Positions 38,493 to 47,914 of a DNA stretch of 64,000 bases are shown in pieces (position 1 is the stretch's first letter; the number at the start of each line of letters is the position of its first letter). The stretch spans positions 128,001 to 192,000 of the forward strand of contig OY970176.1 of assembly GCA_963707955.1 (NCBI GenBank). Direction: 5' to 3'. The translations under genes were made by a program, and so were the position numbers. Source of the stretch: Candidatus Bathyarchaeota archaeon. Lineage in GTDB: Archaea; Thermoproteota; Bathyarchaeia; Bathyarchaeales; Bathycorpusculaceae. The notes under the pieces were generated by a model that was not told the DNA's origin, did no database searches, and worked only from the letters and a program-made list of their open reading frames with translations.

Positions 38493-38570
38493 TGGAGGAT
38501 GGTAGAAAGCCAGTTTTTTGATTTTCTCCTTTCCCCGCTCAAAAAGCTGTTCTACCATTCTCCTCAGTGA
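38493..38570 (+). ncRNA. Long hairpin / sRNA candidate B
   Basis: GGAGGATGGTAGAA..CAGTTTTTTGA pairs with TCAAAAAGCTGTTCTACCATTCTCC; AT-rich promoter-like region upstream; related to 26090-26196. Confidence 0.4.
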
Positions 38571-38589
38571 ACCCAAAACAACAAGGGTT

Positions 38590-40203
38590 TTAGCATTCTC
38601 GTCCTAGCGCCCAACTGAACTTCTTTCTCAAGGTCTTCGGGTAAAACTTCTCCAAAGGAAAGTCTACCTGTTCAGCCCATTTCACGTAAGTCATGGGATC
38701 AATGTAGGATCTAAGAGAAGTTCCAAGGTTGTACTCTTTTGTTTCCTCCGAAAGTTTCACATCAAGTTTGCTCTTTTCCAATCTTCTAACAAGAGTGTCT
38801 GTCTTCTTGCCTTGTTCTGTTTTCTCTTTTAGGTTCATTTCGAGTTCTTTGACTCTGTCACGCTTCTTGGCGAGTCTCTCCTCGAAATTTGGAGGGATCT
38901 TCCGCTTGTGGTTGGCTATTTTGGCCGCTTCCAGATTGGCCTTCTTTGCACAATATTGCTTCGCATATTCTGGATCGTCTTTCTTTGTTTTGCAGTTTTG
39001 CAGGTTTTCACAGACAGTGGTTGTACATCTCCAAGTTCTAAACACCTTGGCTGTTAAGCCCTCCATTTTTTCGGAGAGGAATCTGGACACTTTTCTTGAG
39101 TTTATTCCTTCGAAAAGATACTCTTTGCATTCTTTTGAGAATCTCTCGATGTTCTTGATGACGACAGGCGGAGCTTCAACTTTCTTGGTCCATCTGACGC
39201 AGTCTTTGCCCAAAAAATCGAAGTTCAAAGTGTTTCCTTCAATCTTGACGTGTTCCGGCCTTAGGGTTATTGCTCCGACAGTGTCTGCTTCTCCAGGATC
39301 TTTCTCGTCGCCTACCCTCATGTTCACTTCAAGAATCAGCCAACTCACAGTGGCCAGTTTTCGCCTATCCAAATCCTCAGATTCCAAGTTTTTCATTATG
39401 TGAGTTTTAATCTTTGGAATCTCTTTGCTCAGCTTCTCAGCCTTTCTGAACTTCTCTTCCTCAGCCTTCTGTTTTAAGAAGGCGGAATCGGAAAACCAGA
39501 CGTATTTCACCTTTCCAGTAAGTTTGTCCTCCCACTTGGCAAGGTACATCTTTTCGGGTTCCCAGACTCTGCCCTTCCAGTTCCCTGAAGGCATGGGGCT
39601 GTCATGATGCAGGTTGAGAATTATGTCCTCTTGCCTTGGCCCCTCTTTCCACTTCCCCCGTTTCGGATGTTCTCCCCTGCCTGCGAATATGCATGATGGC
39701 TCTGCAGTCCAGTTCGCTATCTCAAGCCTGTTTCCATCGACCAGAGCGTAACCATACTTTTCTCTCAAAACTTCTCTTGCGGCTTTCCTCTGGGCTGCAA
39801 GTCTCTTCTTTTCCTCTTTAGGCATATTGAGCCTTTTTTGTTGTTCCTGTAGCAGATAAGCCGCCACTTCGGAGAAGTCGACCCCGGCGTTTCCGTCGTT
39901 CAGCCATTCGTTATAATCTCTGTCCAGGCAGCTCAAATGCTTGGTTTCGAAGCTTTCAAGAAACTGCAGCGAGGCGTTTTCTGACCTCAAAGTTGTCAAG
40001 AAATTCTGAATGAAATTCCTGTAGAAAACCTTGTCGGGAGGAGAAGTTGGTGACTGCCTCTTTCTTATCCAGAAGACTGCCATTTGCTCTGTCTTCAGAC
40101 CCAACTTTACAGGTTGTCCCTGAATCTTGACGGAAAACCCTTTGTATTCATACTGGGGAACATAGATTCCGTTATGAGCCAGACTTTTCATGCAGTATTT
40201 CAT
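38590..40203 (-). CDS. top1: DNA topoisomerase IB (eukaryote-like archaeal type)
   Basis: HNG, GRGEHPKRG, MRVGDEK, DTVG, FDFLGKD, AKVFRT, ANH, LGTSLRSYIDP. Confidence 0.93.
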   Translation of the reverse strand: MKYCMKSLAHNGIYVPQYEYKGFSVKIQGQPVKLGLKTEQMAVFWIRKRQSPTSPPDKVFYRNFIQNFLTTLRSENASLQFLESFETKHLSCLDRDYNEWLNDGNAGVDFSEVAAYLLQEQQKRLNMPKEEKKRLAAQRKAAREVLREKYGYALVDGNRLEIANWTAEPSCIFAGRGEHPKRGKWKEGPRQEDIILNLHHDSPMPSGNWKGRVWEPEKMYLAKWEDKLTGKVKYVWFSDSAFLKQKAEEEKFRKAEKLSKEIPKIKTHIMKNLESEDLDRRKLATVSWLILEVNMRVGDEKDPGEADTVGAITLRPEHVKIEGNTLNFDFLGKDCVRWTKKVEAPPVVIKNIERFSKECKEYLFEGINSRKVSRFLSEKMEGLTAKVFRTWRCTTTVCENLQNCKTKKDDPEYAKQYCAKKANLEAAKIANHKRKIPPNFEERLAKKRDRVKELEMNLKEKTEQGKKTDTLVRRLEKSKLDVKLSEETKEYNLGTSLRSYIDPMTYVKWAEQVDFPLEKFYPKTLRKKFSWALGREC

Positions 40204-40254
40204 TTCTTGTCTCTCATGATGCTGCGTGAACCGTGATACTGAGGTTCTTTTCTC

Positions 40255-40683
40255 TCATTCTTCGTGCGCCTTAAAAAGTTGTCCTCTGGAACGTCTCTCT
40301 TTCTGAAAAGTTCTGTGCAGATGTTCCACGATTTGGTTGTCGATGTACCCTTTGTGGGGTCGGAATCCGCCTGCAAACGCTTTTGGGATGTGCAGGAGCT
40401 CATGGATTATGGTTTTCTCCTTATCTTCCTCGGTCATTTTGTCGTATTTTTCAGAGATCACTTCGATCACGTATGAGGCTGGAAGGTTGAGAGTTTCCTG
40501 CCAGACTTTGCCAAGGCCGTGAATCCGAGCGATCGTGCGTCTAGATGCGGACCCTCTGCTTCTGACGCAGAACACGTACTGTGGAACAACGTGGAACAAC
40601 CCGAGACTTTCTGCAATCTCATCGGTCAGTTTCTTCACGTCTGGAGCTTCGGAATACACTATCGGTATGGTTGTCACCGCCAT
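40255..40683 (-). CDS. Putative metallopeptidase (HExxH)
   Basis: ARIHG, YVIEVISE, IHELLHIP..GGFRPH. Confidence 0.8.
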   Translation of the reverse strand: MAVTTIPIVYSEAPDVKKLTDEIAESLGLFHVVPQYVFCVRSRGSASRRTIARIHGLGKVWQETLNLPASYVIEVISEKYDKMTEEDKEKTIIHELLHIPKAFAGGFRPHKGYIDNQIVEHLHRTFQKERRSRGQLFKAHEE

Positions 40684-40716
40684 CTTTGTCTGTTGGTCTG
40701 ACCTTCTGTTCCTGTC

Positions 40717-41262
40717 TTATGCGTATTCTCTTCTGTAAGCAGCCAGGCAGATTGCTCTAACAATCAGAGATGCCCCTATTAGCACTATTATCATGGACCA
40801 GAACTCAAACCATGGTTGAGCGTTTGTTGGGTAGGGTAAGCTGTTCGTGGGGTCTATAAGCCACGTCTGGATCAGATAGATCGCTCCGAACCAGAAGACA
40901 ATGTTTGAGATGTTCTGTGCCTTTCTGCGCCATGTTGAATCAAATGCAAACCTCATAACTAGTAGTGCTATGAGGAAGATTCCCCAAGCCACGCTGAATT
41001 GCTGTGCTGCTGAGTAAACGGCCAAATTCGCCTCGTGCACAGTAGAGTTAGTTGCTGAACGCTGAGCGTCGGGAGCAGGAAGCTGTATTTGCGTGTTGGG
41101 AACAGCTGATGTGGCGTTGAAGTTGTTGAAGAATGTGACCGTGTCAGCGTAGAGATTGGGTTTGATCACAAAAAGGACACCGATCAACAGCAAAAAGAAA
41201 CCTGCTGAGACGGCACTCAAAAGTCCTTCTCTGCGTCTTCGTGAAATACCTCCGAAATTCAT
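40717..41262 (-). CDS. Four-TM membrane protein
   Basis: Four hydrophobic segments. Confidence 0.7.
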   Translation of the reverse strand: MNFGGISRRRREGLLSAVSAGFFLLLIGVLFVIKPNLYADTVTFFNNFNATSAVPNTQIQLPAPDAQRSATNSTVHEANLAVYSAAQQFSVAWGIFLIALLVMRFAFDSTWRRKAQNISNIVFWFGAIYLIQTWLIDPTNSLPYPTNAQPWFEFWSMIIVLIGASLIVRAICLAAYRREYA

Positions 41263-41378
41263 TCAATTTTCTCCTTTTGGACTATTCTCAACACGTGAAT
41301 ATATAACATTTCTCGGGATGGACATGTTTTAAATATAAGTGTTTAAAATAGAAAGGCAGAAAACAGGAGTGAAGAATT

Positions 41379-41765
41379 ATGTCATACTGTCCAAAATGTG
41401 GTGCCGTGGTCACAGAAGAGATGAGTTTTTGCCCCAAATGCGGTGCCCCATTGAAAGCGGCACAAGCTCCTGCTGAGCCGAGATTCAGAGAGTATCGAAG
41501 AGGCGAAAAATCCGAGAAAAGCGAAAAGGCCGAGAAACGCGAGAAAGGCGAAAAAGGGGAGAAGCACGAGCTTGGGTTTTTCGGTCCACTGATCGGGGGT
41601 TTAATCCTCATATTTCTGGGTGTAGCAGCTTTCGTTGGAGTTTCTTATCCGCGCTACGATTTGAGAACGTTCTGGGCTTTCTTCCTTCTCTTGATTGGAG
41701 TGATAGTGATCGTCGTGGCAATTTATTACGCTTTCGTGCTGCGCAAGAGGCACCCGAGGCCTTAG
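41379..41765 (+). CDS. Zinc ribbon - EK repeat - two-TM membrane protein
   Basis: CPKCG..FCPKCG, repeated xEK triplets, two C-terminal TM helices. Confidence 0.8.
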   Translation: MSYCPKCGAVVTEEMSFCPKCGAPLKAAQAPAEPRFREYRRGEKSEKSEKAEKREKGEKGEKHELGFFGPLIGGLILIFLGVAAFVGVSYPRYDLRTFWAFFLLLIGVIVIVVAIYYAFVLRKRHPRP

Positions 41766-42907
41766 AGTAGCCATCCGAGAAAGAACCTGTGAAGCCTATG
41801 CTCGAGAAGCGTTTGAGCATTGCGTCTGCCAAACACTCGAAAATAATTCTTCCCCGCAGACTCGATCATATCTCCGATGGCGTACCTCGGGAACAGGCAT
41901 GAGGACACTATCAACTCACCCCATTCTCCGCGGTCAAGTTCATGCAGCATCTTTATCCCTCGGCCCGTTTTTACCTCGAAGAAATAGGTGTCATAGTTCG
42001 GAGTAACGTATGGCAACTCGTCGAGTTGCTGACCGAAAACTCCCTCCGTTGCGCTGTATATCTCCACCACTGGGACATCTCCGAAGTATTCTCTGAGCCT
42101 TGGTGCATACCTGAACTGGATCTTTCGAACACTCGTGCAGAATAGTGCGCGCAATTTCCAAAGTCCTTTCGGTCTTTCACCGTGTTTTCGCATAACGTAC
42201 TTAGCAAAAGACAGGATCACAGGAGTCACGCCCATCGCGCCAGTCACGTTTTCGTGAAGCGCACGTTGGTAAACCAGCTCAAACCTTTTTTCCCAATCCC
42301 GCGTGGTGATTCCTGATCCCAGCTCATCTATTTCCTCTTGCCTTGGTAGAAGTCCGACCCTGTCAAGTGCAGGGATCAATTTTGCGTAGGTTCCTGAACT
42401 GTAGCCGTAAGTCATCGTTTGCCCGTTCATCACGATTGTGTGGACATTGGACGGAAAGTTTAGGTTCAGAATTTTGCCATCAAGAAGCTCATAGTCCTTG
42501 TTTCTTAGCGCATGGTTTATCAAAGCTCTGGATCCGCATGTCAGGATCTGCTCAATGTGTGTCTTTGTGGCGGGCAACACTTTTGCGGGGCCAGTGGAAC
42601 CCCGTGTCATCACCCAACACACCATTGGTTCTGGGAGAATTGAGCTGTAATCGCCTTTCATTATGTCTGACAAGTAGGAGCTAAGTCCATCGTAGTTGAT
42701 TATTGGGAAGTTTCTCCTGAAGTCTTCGATGTCTTCTGTCTGGGACGCGTGGTGCCCTTCTCCGTAACGCGTCTTTGCGCATTCTTTCATTAAGCCAGAA
42801 AGCACTTGCCTCTGGGTCTCTTGAGGGGTCTTCAGGGACTCGTACCAAGGCCCTATCAACGGCCAGAAAACTGTGCCACTTCTTTCTTCAGGTAACATCT
42901 CGTTCAA
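41762..42907 (-). CDS. GH3-family acyl-acid amido synthetase-like protein
   Basis: TRGSTGPAK, YSATEG, FFE, RYAIGD, FGR adenylate-forming motifs. Confidence 0.8.
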   Translation of the reverse strand: MNEMLPEERSGTVFWPLIGPWYESLKTPQETQRQVLSGLMKECAKTRYGEGHHASQTEDIEDFRRNFPIINYDGLSSYLSDIMKGDYSSILPEPMVCWVMTRGSTGPAKVLPATKTHIEQILTCGSRALINHALRNKDYELLDGKILNLNFPSNVHTIVMNGQTMTYGYSSGTYAKLIPALDRVGLLPRQEEIDELGSGITTRDWEKRFELVYQRALHENVTGAMGVTPVILSFAKYVMRKHGERPKGLWKLRALFCTSVRKIQFRYAPRLREYFGDVPVVEIYSATEGVFGQQLDELPYVTPNYDTYFFEVKTGRGIKMLHELDRGEWGELIVSSCLFPRYAIGDMIESAGKNYFRVFGRRNAQTLLEHRLHRFFLGWLL

Positions 42908-43012
42908 AGACCATTCTGGCCTAGTTGCTTTATATGTTTCCTCGTTGAGGAGCGGAATATGAAATCTCCTCTGTCTTTGAGTTGAGAGAAAAATGGAGGA
43001 TGGAAGAAGCGC

Positions 43013-43588
43013 CTACGCGTACTTCTGTTCCTTGTCGCAGTACCATCTCTGGTATTGCTGAATGTATCTTAGTGGACTGCTGCAGCTCGCACAGGTCATC
43101 GCGGTGCTTGGTGGTGGCGGGGGTGGTGGTGGAGGTGGATGTTGTCCTCCAAACACTTGCTTGACCGAGACTACAGTGGTTCCTGCAATGCGATCAGTGT
43201 ATTTCTGACGTGGATCTGGTCCCGGGGTGATTATAGCCACTAGCCAATCCAAGATTAGGAATATGCCGAACAGCTTGCTGATATTGCGGATGAATGATTT
43301 GTCAAAAGTGACCTTGCTTCCGTTGGTCATCTGAACTTCGAGTCCAAGGATTTTCTTCCCTACTGTAGCGCCGATTGTCACTTCCATGATTATAAAGTAC
43401 AGCAATGCAAATATCCCGTAGAGAAGTGGAAAGAGCAGAATCCATGCCCACCACAGTGGAGCTATAGCAAACCAGAAAATAACGTAAGCTATGATCGTGA
43501 GAGGTATGCTGTCAATGAGTAACGCGATGAATCGTAGTAGCCAGTGACCGAAGTCGACTTGTGTACTGCTTCTATTTTCGACTGACAT
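43013..43588 (-). CDS. RDD-family membrane protein with poly-Pro linker and C-terminal QYQRWYC module
   Basis: RFIALLID, GATVGKKILGL, IRN, RQ..DRIAGT. Confidence 0.88.
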   Translation of the reverse strand: MSVENRSSTQVDFGHWLLRFIALLIDSIPLTIIAYVIFWFAIAPLWWAWILLFPLLYGIFALLYFIIMEVTIGATVGKKILGLEVQMTNGSKVTFDKSFIRNISKLFGIFLILDWLVAIITPGPDPRQKYTDRIAGTTVVSVKQVFGGQHPPPPPPPPPPSTAMTCASCSSPLRYIQQYQRWYCDKEQKYA

Positions 43589-43791
43589 TTTAATCGTGCT
43601 AGTATTTTCGACTCCACATGTTATTATCATTTTCTGTTAATGTTGCGCGCGCATGGAAATCATCTAGCTAGTGATGCAATCTTAAACTACGACTAGCGCG
43701 CGCTGATGCATGATGGCCTATCCTAAACCTTAGTGCGTATGGCTGTTCCTACATTCCGTTTAGATGCGATTTGTGTCGCTGGTCTTGCTTC

Positions 43792-43841
43792 CTGAGCATA
43801 TTTGGATCGTATGGAGACGCGGCGCAGGTTGTGCGCGCACA
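43792..43841 (+). repeat. Dispersed intergenic repeat, copy 2 (core)
   Basis: CTGAGCATATTTGGATCGTATGGAGACGCGG..GTGCGCGCACA versus CTGACCATATTTGTATCATATGTCAGACCGG..GTACGCGCACA (reverse complement of 52267-52319). Confidence 0.6.
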
Positions 43842-43982
43842 CATTAGTTCAGCCAAGCACCTCACAAGAACCATCAGAAAAGCGCGTGGCTACCGCATCT
43901 GAATCGTGCTGAATTCAGGAATGCGCATGCGCGGTCGTTGACATTGCAAAAAGTGTAGAGTGTTATTTAGGATTGTGTTCTC

Positions 43983-44369
43983 CTAAACGTATTTTTTGTC
44001 TTTGTAGCAGTACCATCTTTGGTATTGCGCAATGTAGGTGAGTGGTCCTCCGCACGTGGGACATACTGGCGTCTGTGACTGCTGGGGCTGCTGAGTTGTT
44101 GGTTGTGGTCCGAAGGTTTGTGGTTGAACAGTCTGTGGTTGAGTGGCTCGAGGCTTGAGGAGGATGTAGTCTCCTGCAGCCTGAATTTCCTCCCAGGGGA
44201 CTTCTCTCGTTTCGCCTTTCTTCGTTTCTACGATCATGGTCATGCCCATTTTTCCCACAGTGAATGCGATATCCTGCACGGTCCCCGCGTCATTACCGTC
44301 GCTGTCAATCACCTGCATACCGATAAGTCGATCCTTTGTCATCGCTTTCTTCTCTTTCTCTTTAGACAT
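43983..44369 (-). CDS. PRC-barrel protein with Gln/Pro linker and C-terminal QYQRWYC module
   Basis: LIGMQVIDSDG..GTVQDI, VPWEEI..GDYILL. Confidence 0.88.
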   Translation of the reverse strand: MSKEKEKKAMTKDRLIGMQVIDSDGNDAGTVQDIAFTVGKMGMTMIVETKKGETREVPWEEIQAAGDYILLKPRATQPQTVQPQTFGPQPTTQQPQQSQTPVCPTCGGPLTYIAQYQRWYCYKDKKYV

Positions 44370-44595
44370 TTCAATCGCTTCGAATCGTTGGAACTATAAT
44401 CAGCGGCATATCTTATATATTTTAGGACTTCTGAATCGGTTTTCTCTAGCAATACTCTTCTCAAGTAAGGTTGTGTTCTGCGGTTGTGGTGTTTGCCGAT
44501 TACACAGACAGAAAACGATGTAAACGATCAACCTGAAATGGGCCGTGCATTTCGGGTAATGCTATAATGCTTAAATATGTTCCATCGCTAGTTCT

Positions 44596-46035
44596 ATGGG
44601 AAAACTCATGAAAACATCAGAGGCTGAAAACCTGCGCTTTTTCAACACTTTAACGCGCACAAAGGAGAAGTTCGTCCCGATTGAAGGAGGAAAAGTCAAG
44701 ATATACACCTGCGGGCCAACAGTCTATGACGACAGTCACATAGGAAACTTCAGAGCCTTCCTCTTCGAAGACCTCCTGAGGAGGTGGCTCGAATACCGCG
44801 GGTTCAAGGTCACCCAAGTGATGAACCTGACAGATGTGGACGACAAAACGATTAAGGGTTCAAGAGAAGAGGGCATACCACTTAACGAGTACACGGAACG
44901 CTACATAAAGGCCTTCTTTGAAGATGTGACAAGACTGAACATTCAAAAAGCAGAGTACTACCCAAGAGCCACGGAAAACATTCCTGAAATGGTCTCCCTG
45001 ATCAAGAAACTGTTCGAGAAGGGTTACGCCTACCGAGGCAAGGATGGCTCAGTCTATTATGACATTTCAAAATTTAAGGACTACGGCAAGCTTGCAAGAA
45101 TCAAGGTTGAAGAGCTCAAGGTCGGCGCCAGAGTGAAGGCTGACGAGTACGCGAAAGAGGAAGCTCGCGATTTTGCCCTATGGAAAGCTTGGGACGAACA
45201 GGACGGCCCCGTTTTCTGGGAGACAGAGGTTGGCAAGGGCAGACCCGGATGGCACATCGAGTGCTCGGCAATGTCGATGAAATACTTGGGCGAAACCTTA
45301 GACATTCACTGCGGCGGCGTGGACAACCTGTTTCCGCACCACGAAAACGAGATTGCCCAGAGCGAAGCGGTCACGGGCAAGAAGTTCGTGAATTATTGGC
45401 TTCACAACGAGTGGTTGCTATCTGAAGGAAAGCGAATGGCCAAAAGCTTCCACAACTATTACACGCTGAGCGACTTAATGAAGAAGGGTTATGACGCGAA
45501 AGCCGTTCGTTATCTGCTGTTAGCAACTCACTACAGACAACAATTCAATTTCACTCTTGAAGGGCTCGAGGCTGCGAAGGGAGCCGTTGAACGTCTGACC
45601 AATTTCATGCACCGACTTAGAGATTCGGATGGAGAGGGTTCTGGAGAGAGAGCAAAGCTGCTCATGGAACACGTGGAAAAAGACTTCGCCGAAGCAATGG
45701 ATGACGACCTAGGCATAAGTGAGGCCCTGGCGGCACTTTTTGATTTCGTAAGGGAAGTCAACGTCCTTCTGGACAGCAATTTGCTCAGCAAGGAAGAGGC
45801 ACAGCAAGTCCAGAGTCTGATGAATAGTTTCGACGGGGTTCTCGGCGTAATCGGCGAAGTCAAGAAGGAAGCGAAGCTTTCGAAAGAGGCTGAAGAACTT
45901 GTCCAGAAGAGAGAGCAGGCCAGAAAGGCCAAAGACTGGAAGACAGCTGACCAGATTAGAATGCAGCTTAAGGCTATGGGCGTGATAATAGAGGACACTT
46001 CTCAAGGTGTTAAATGGAGACTTGAGAAGCGCTAG
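44596..46035 (+). CDS. cysS: Cysteinyl-tRNA synthetase
   Basis: CGPTVY, HIGN, GRPGWHIEC, FPHHENE, RMAKS. Confidence 0.97.
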   Translation: MGKLMKTSEAENLRFFNTLTRTKEKFVPIEGGKVKIYTCGPTVYDDSHIGNFRAFLFEDLLRRWLEYRGFKVTQVMNLTDVDDKTIKGSREEGIPLNEYTERYIKAFFEDVTRLNIQKAEYYPRATENIPEMVSLIKKLFEKGYAYRGKDGSVYYDISKFKDYGKLARIKVEELKVGARVKADEYAKEEARDFALWKAWDEQDGPVFWETEVGKGRPGWHIECSAMSMKYLGETLDIHCGGVDNLFPHHENEIAQSEAVTGKKFVNYWLHNEWLLSEGKRMAKSFHNYYTLSDLMKKGYDAKAVRYLLLATHYRQQFNFTLEGLEAAKGAVERLTNFMHRLRDSDGEGSGERAKLLMEHVEKDFAEAMDDDLGISEALAALFDFVREVNVLLDSNLLSKEEAQQVQSLMNSFDGVLGVIGEVKKEAKLSKEAEELVQKREQARKAKDWKTADQIRMQLKAMGVIIEDTSQGVKWRLEKR

Positions 46036-46092
46036 CTGAGCAGTTCTTTTATTCAGAGAACTTCCTCAAACAGAGAAAGGTGTAGAGCAATC

Positions 46093-46638
46093 ATGGATTG
46101 GCGCGAGCAACTGATGCTCAACATGTTTCGCATTCTCAGAGTGCTCCGCATGGATAGAATACTAGCACACGCGCTGCAGTTGAGCACTTCAACGCATAGG
46201 TTCACGGATTACTTCACCGGCATGGAGAGAGTAGAGGCTGTCAGGGAGATCTTTGGAGAAAGGACAAATGAGGTTTTGCGCAATCTCAAGGTTGACTTAA
46301 CCTGGGCAGGCGGCTACATGTGGGTCAACGGGGCAGACGGTCGCCTCATGATAAGCTCCAAATACCTTAACCAAGGCGACAGAGTTGACATATACCTTGA
46401 CCTCATACATGAGCTCGTTCACGTGAAACAGTTCATGGAAGGCAAGGAGCTTTTCGACTCTCATTACAGCTACGCCGCGAGGCCAACTGAGGTTGAAGCC
46501 TACCGCGTTGCGGTCCGAGAGGCAAGAAGAATGGGACTGAGTGATGAGAGAATATGCGAATACCTAAAAACAGAGTGGATGAGCGATGAAGACCTAGGAC
46601 GGCTGGCAAAGACTTTGAACGTCGACTGCAAGCATTAA
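46093..46638 (+). CDS. HExxH zincin-like protein
   Basis: IHELVHVKQ..PTEVEAY; start uncertain. Confidence 0.7.
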   Translation: MDWREQLMLNMFRILRVLRMDRILAHALQLSTSTHRFTDYFTGMERVEAVREIFGERTNEVLRNLKVDLTWAGGYMWVNGADGRLMISSKYLNQGDRVDIYLDLIHELVHVKQFMEGKELFDSHYSYAARPTEVEAYRVAVREARRMGLSDERICEYLKTEWMSDEDLGRLAKTLNVDCKH

Positions 46639-46674
46639 TTGCTACGTCGGCAAATGACTTTGTTCTCACCTGTT

Positions 46675-47516
46675 TTAATGCAGCACGCGTCTTGCAAAGT
46701 CTTCTTGCTTCTGATCGTTGGTTATGCCGTGGAAGTTCCAGTCGTCAGTGGCGTATTTTTCCATGCAAAGATGTTTAGAAAGCTCTAGCTCACCCGCGGT
46801 TAACTGTCCGCTCGTGAGTCTGTTGCCTAAGGCTTTTTCGAAACCCTTAACCAGAGCATCGTTGAGTTCCGCTGCTGAAACAGTTTTTCCAAGTTCAGCG
46901 TTTATTGAAGTGATTCTATTCTCTGCAATGCGCACGATTTGCATACGTGTTTTGGCCCAAGGAACGCGGAGGAAAGTAAACATCCTTTTCAGGTTGACTT
47001 CAGAGAGAAGCGTCCCGTGCTGCAGAAAGGCCCCGCTTCTGTGGGCTTGAGCGCTTCCAGAGATTTTCTTTCCGTTGACCGTTAAGTTTGGGCAGGCTTT
47101 GCTGTGCCTTGGTTGAAATCTGCGTGAATACCAAGTATTCGGAGTGATTCAGCTAGGCCAGCGTAGATTCTCGAGTAGACCGCGGCTATTTCTTCAGCTC
47201 CCAAGTCCTCTTTTCTGGCGATCACGCTGTACGTGATCTCGTCTTGAGCGTCATGGTAGACTGTGCCTCCGCCTGTTATCCGTCTTACGACATCAACGTT
47301 GTGTTTTCTACAGTTGTCCAGTTGGACTTCTTTCTCGATTTCTTGGAATCTTCCAACAGAAACGGCGGAGGGTTTCCAGCGATAGAATCTTAGAGTGTTC
47401 GGAACCACGCTTTGAATTCTTGCTCTTAGAATAGCTTCGTCCATAGCCATGTTCATGAACGCGTCATAAATTTCAAGTTCTAGCAGACGCCAAGCAGTCA
47501 AGTTAATATCCGCCAA
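46675..47516 (-). pseudogene. lplA: Lipoate-protein ligase/octanoyltransferase (LplA/LipM) split by a 1-nt frameshift
   Basis: NMAMDEA and RRITGGGTVYHD in one frame; CPNLTVNGKKISGSAQ..LQHGTLL continues in another frame after about 47097. Confidence 0.8.
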
Positions 47517-47914
47517 GACTGAAGCTCATACTGCTCTTAATTACGTTTTGATCTCATCAGATACTATCTTTGCCGTCTCACAGCTATTTTAGGGTCAGAA
47601 AGAAGAAGAACAAGGCTTAGAACCTTGAAGGGCACTCAAGACTTTGCTGAGACCGGAAAGCCGAGGGCAAAAAGGGGCTTTCCGACCGAAACAAGGCGCC
47701 CAAGGTAGACAAATCGCGCTCGCGAACTCTGTTCTGCGGCGCAGGTTCTCAAAAGCGGCTGTGGGTCGACGTGCTTTCGCTTGTGTTTTCTGTTTTCATG
47801 GCAACTCTTATATCTGGCTTTCATGAATGGGAAACGAAGCTGAAAGTCGTCAGCGTCTCTTTGCATGAGAACTGTTGTTGTGTTGGTTTAGCATGCTTGA
47901 AGGAGCATAAAGCG

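Noticed and set aside
47654-47684. Hairpin CGGAAAGCC-N13-GGCTTTCCG as an ncRNA
   Set aside because: An isolated 9-bp stem with no other support; the shared GAAAGCC is too short to link it to elements A and B.
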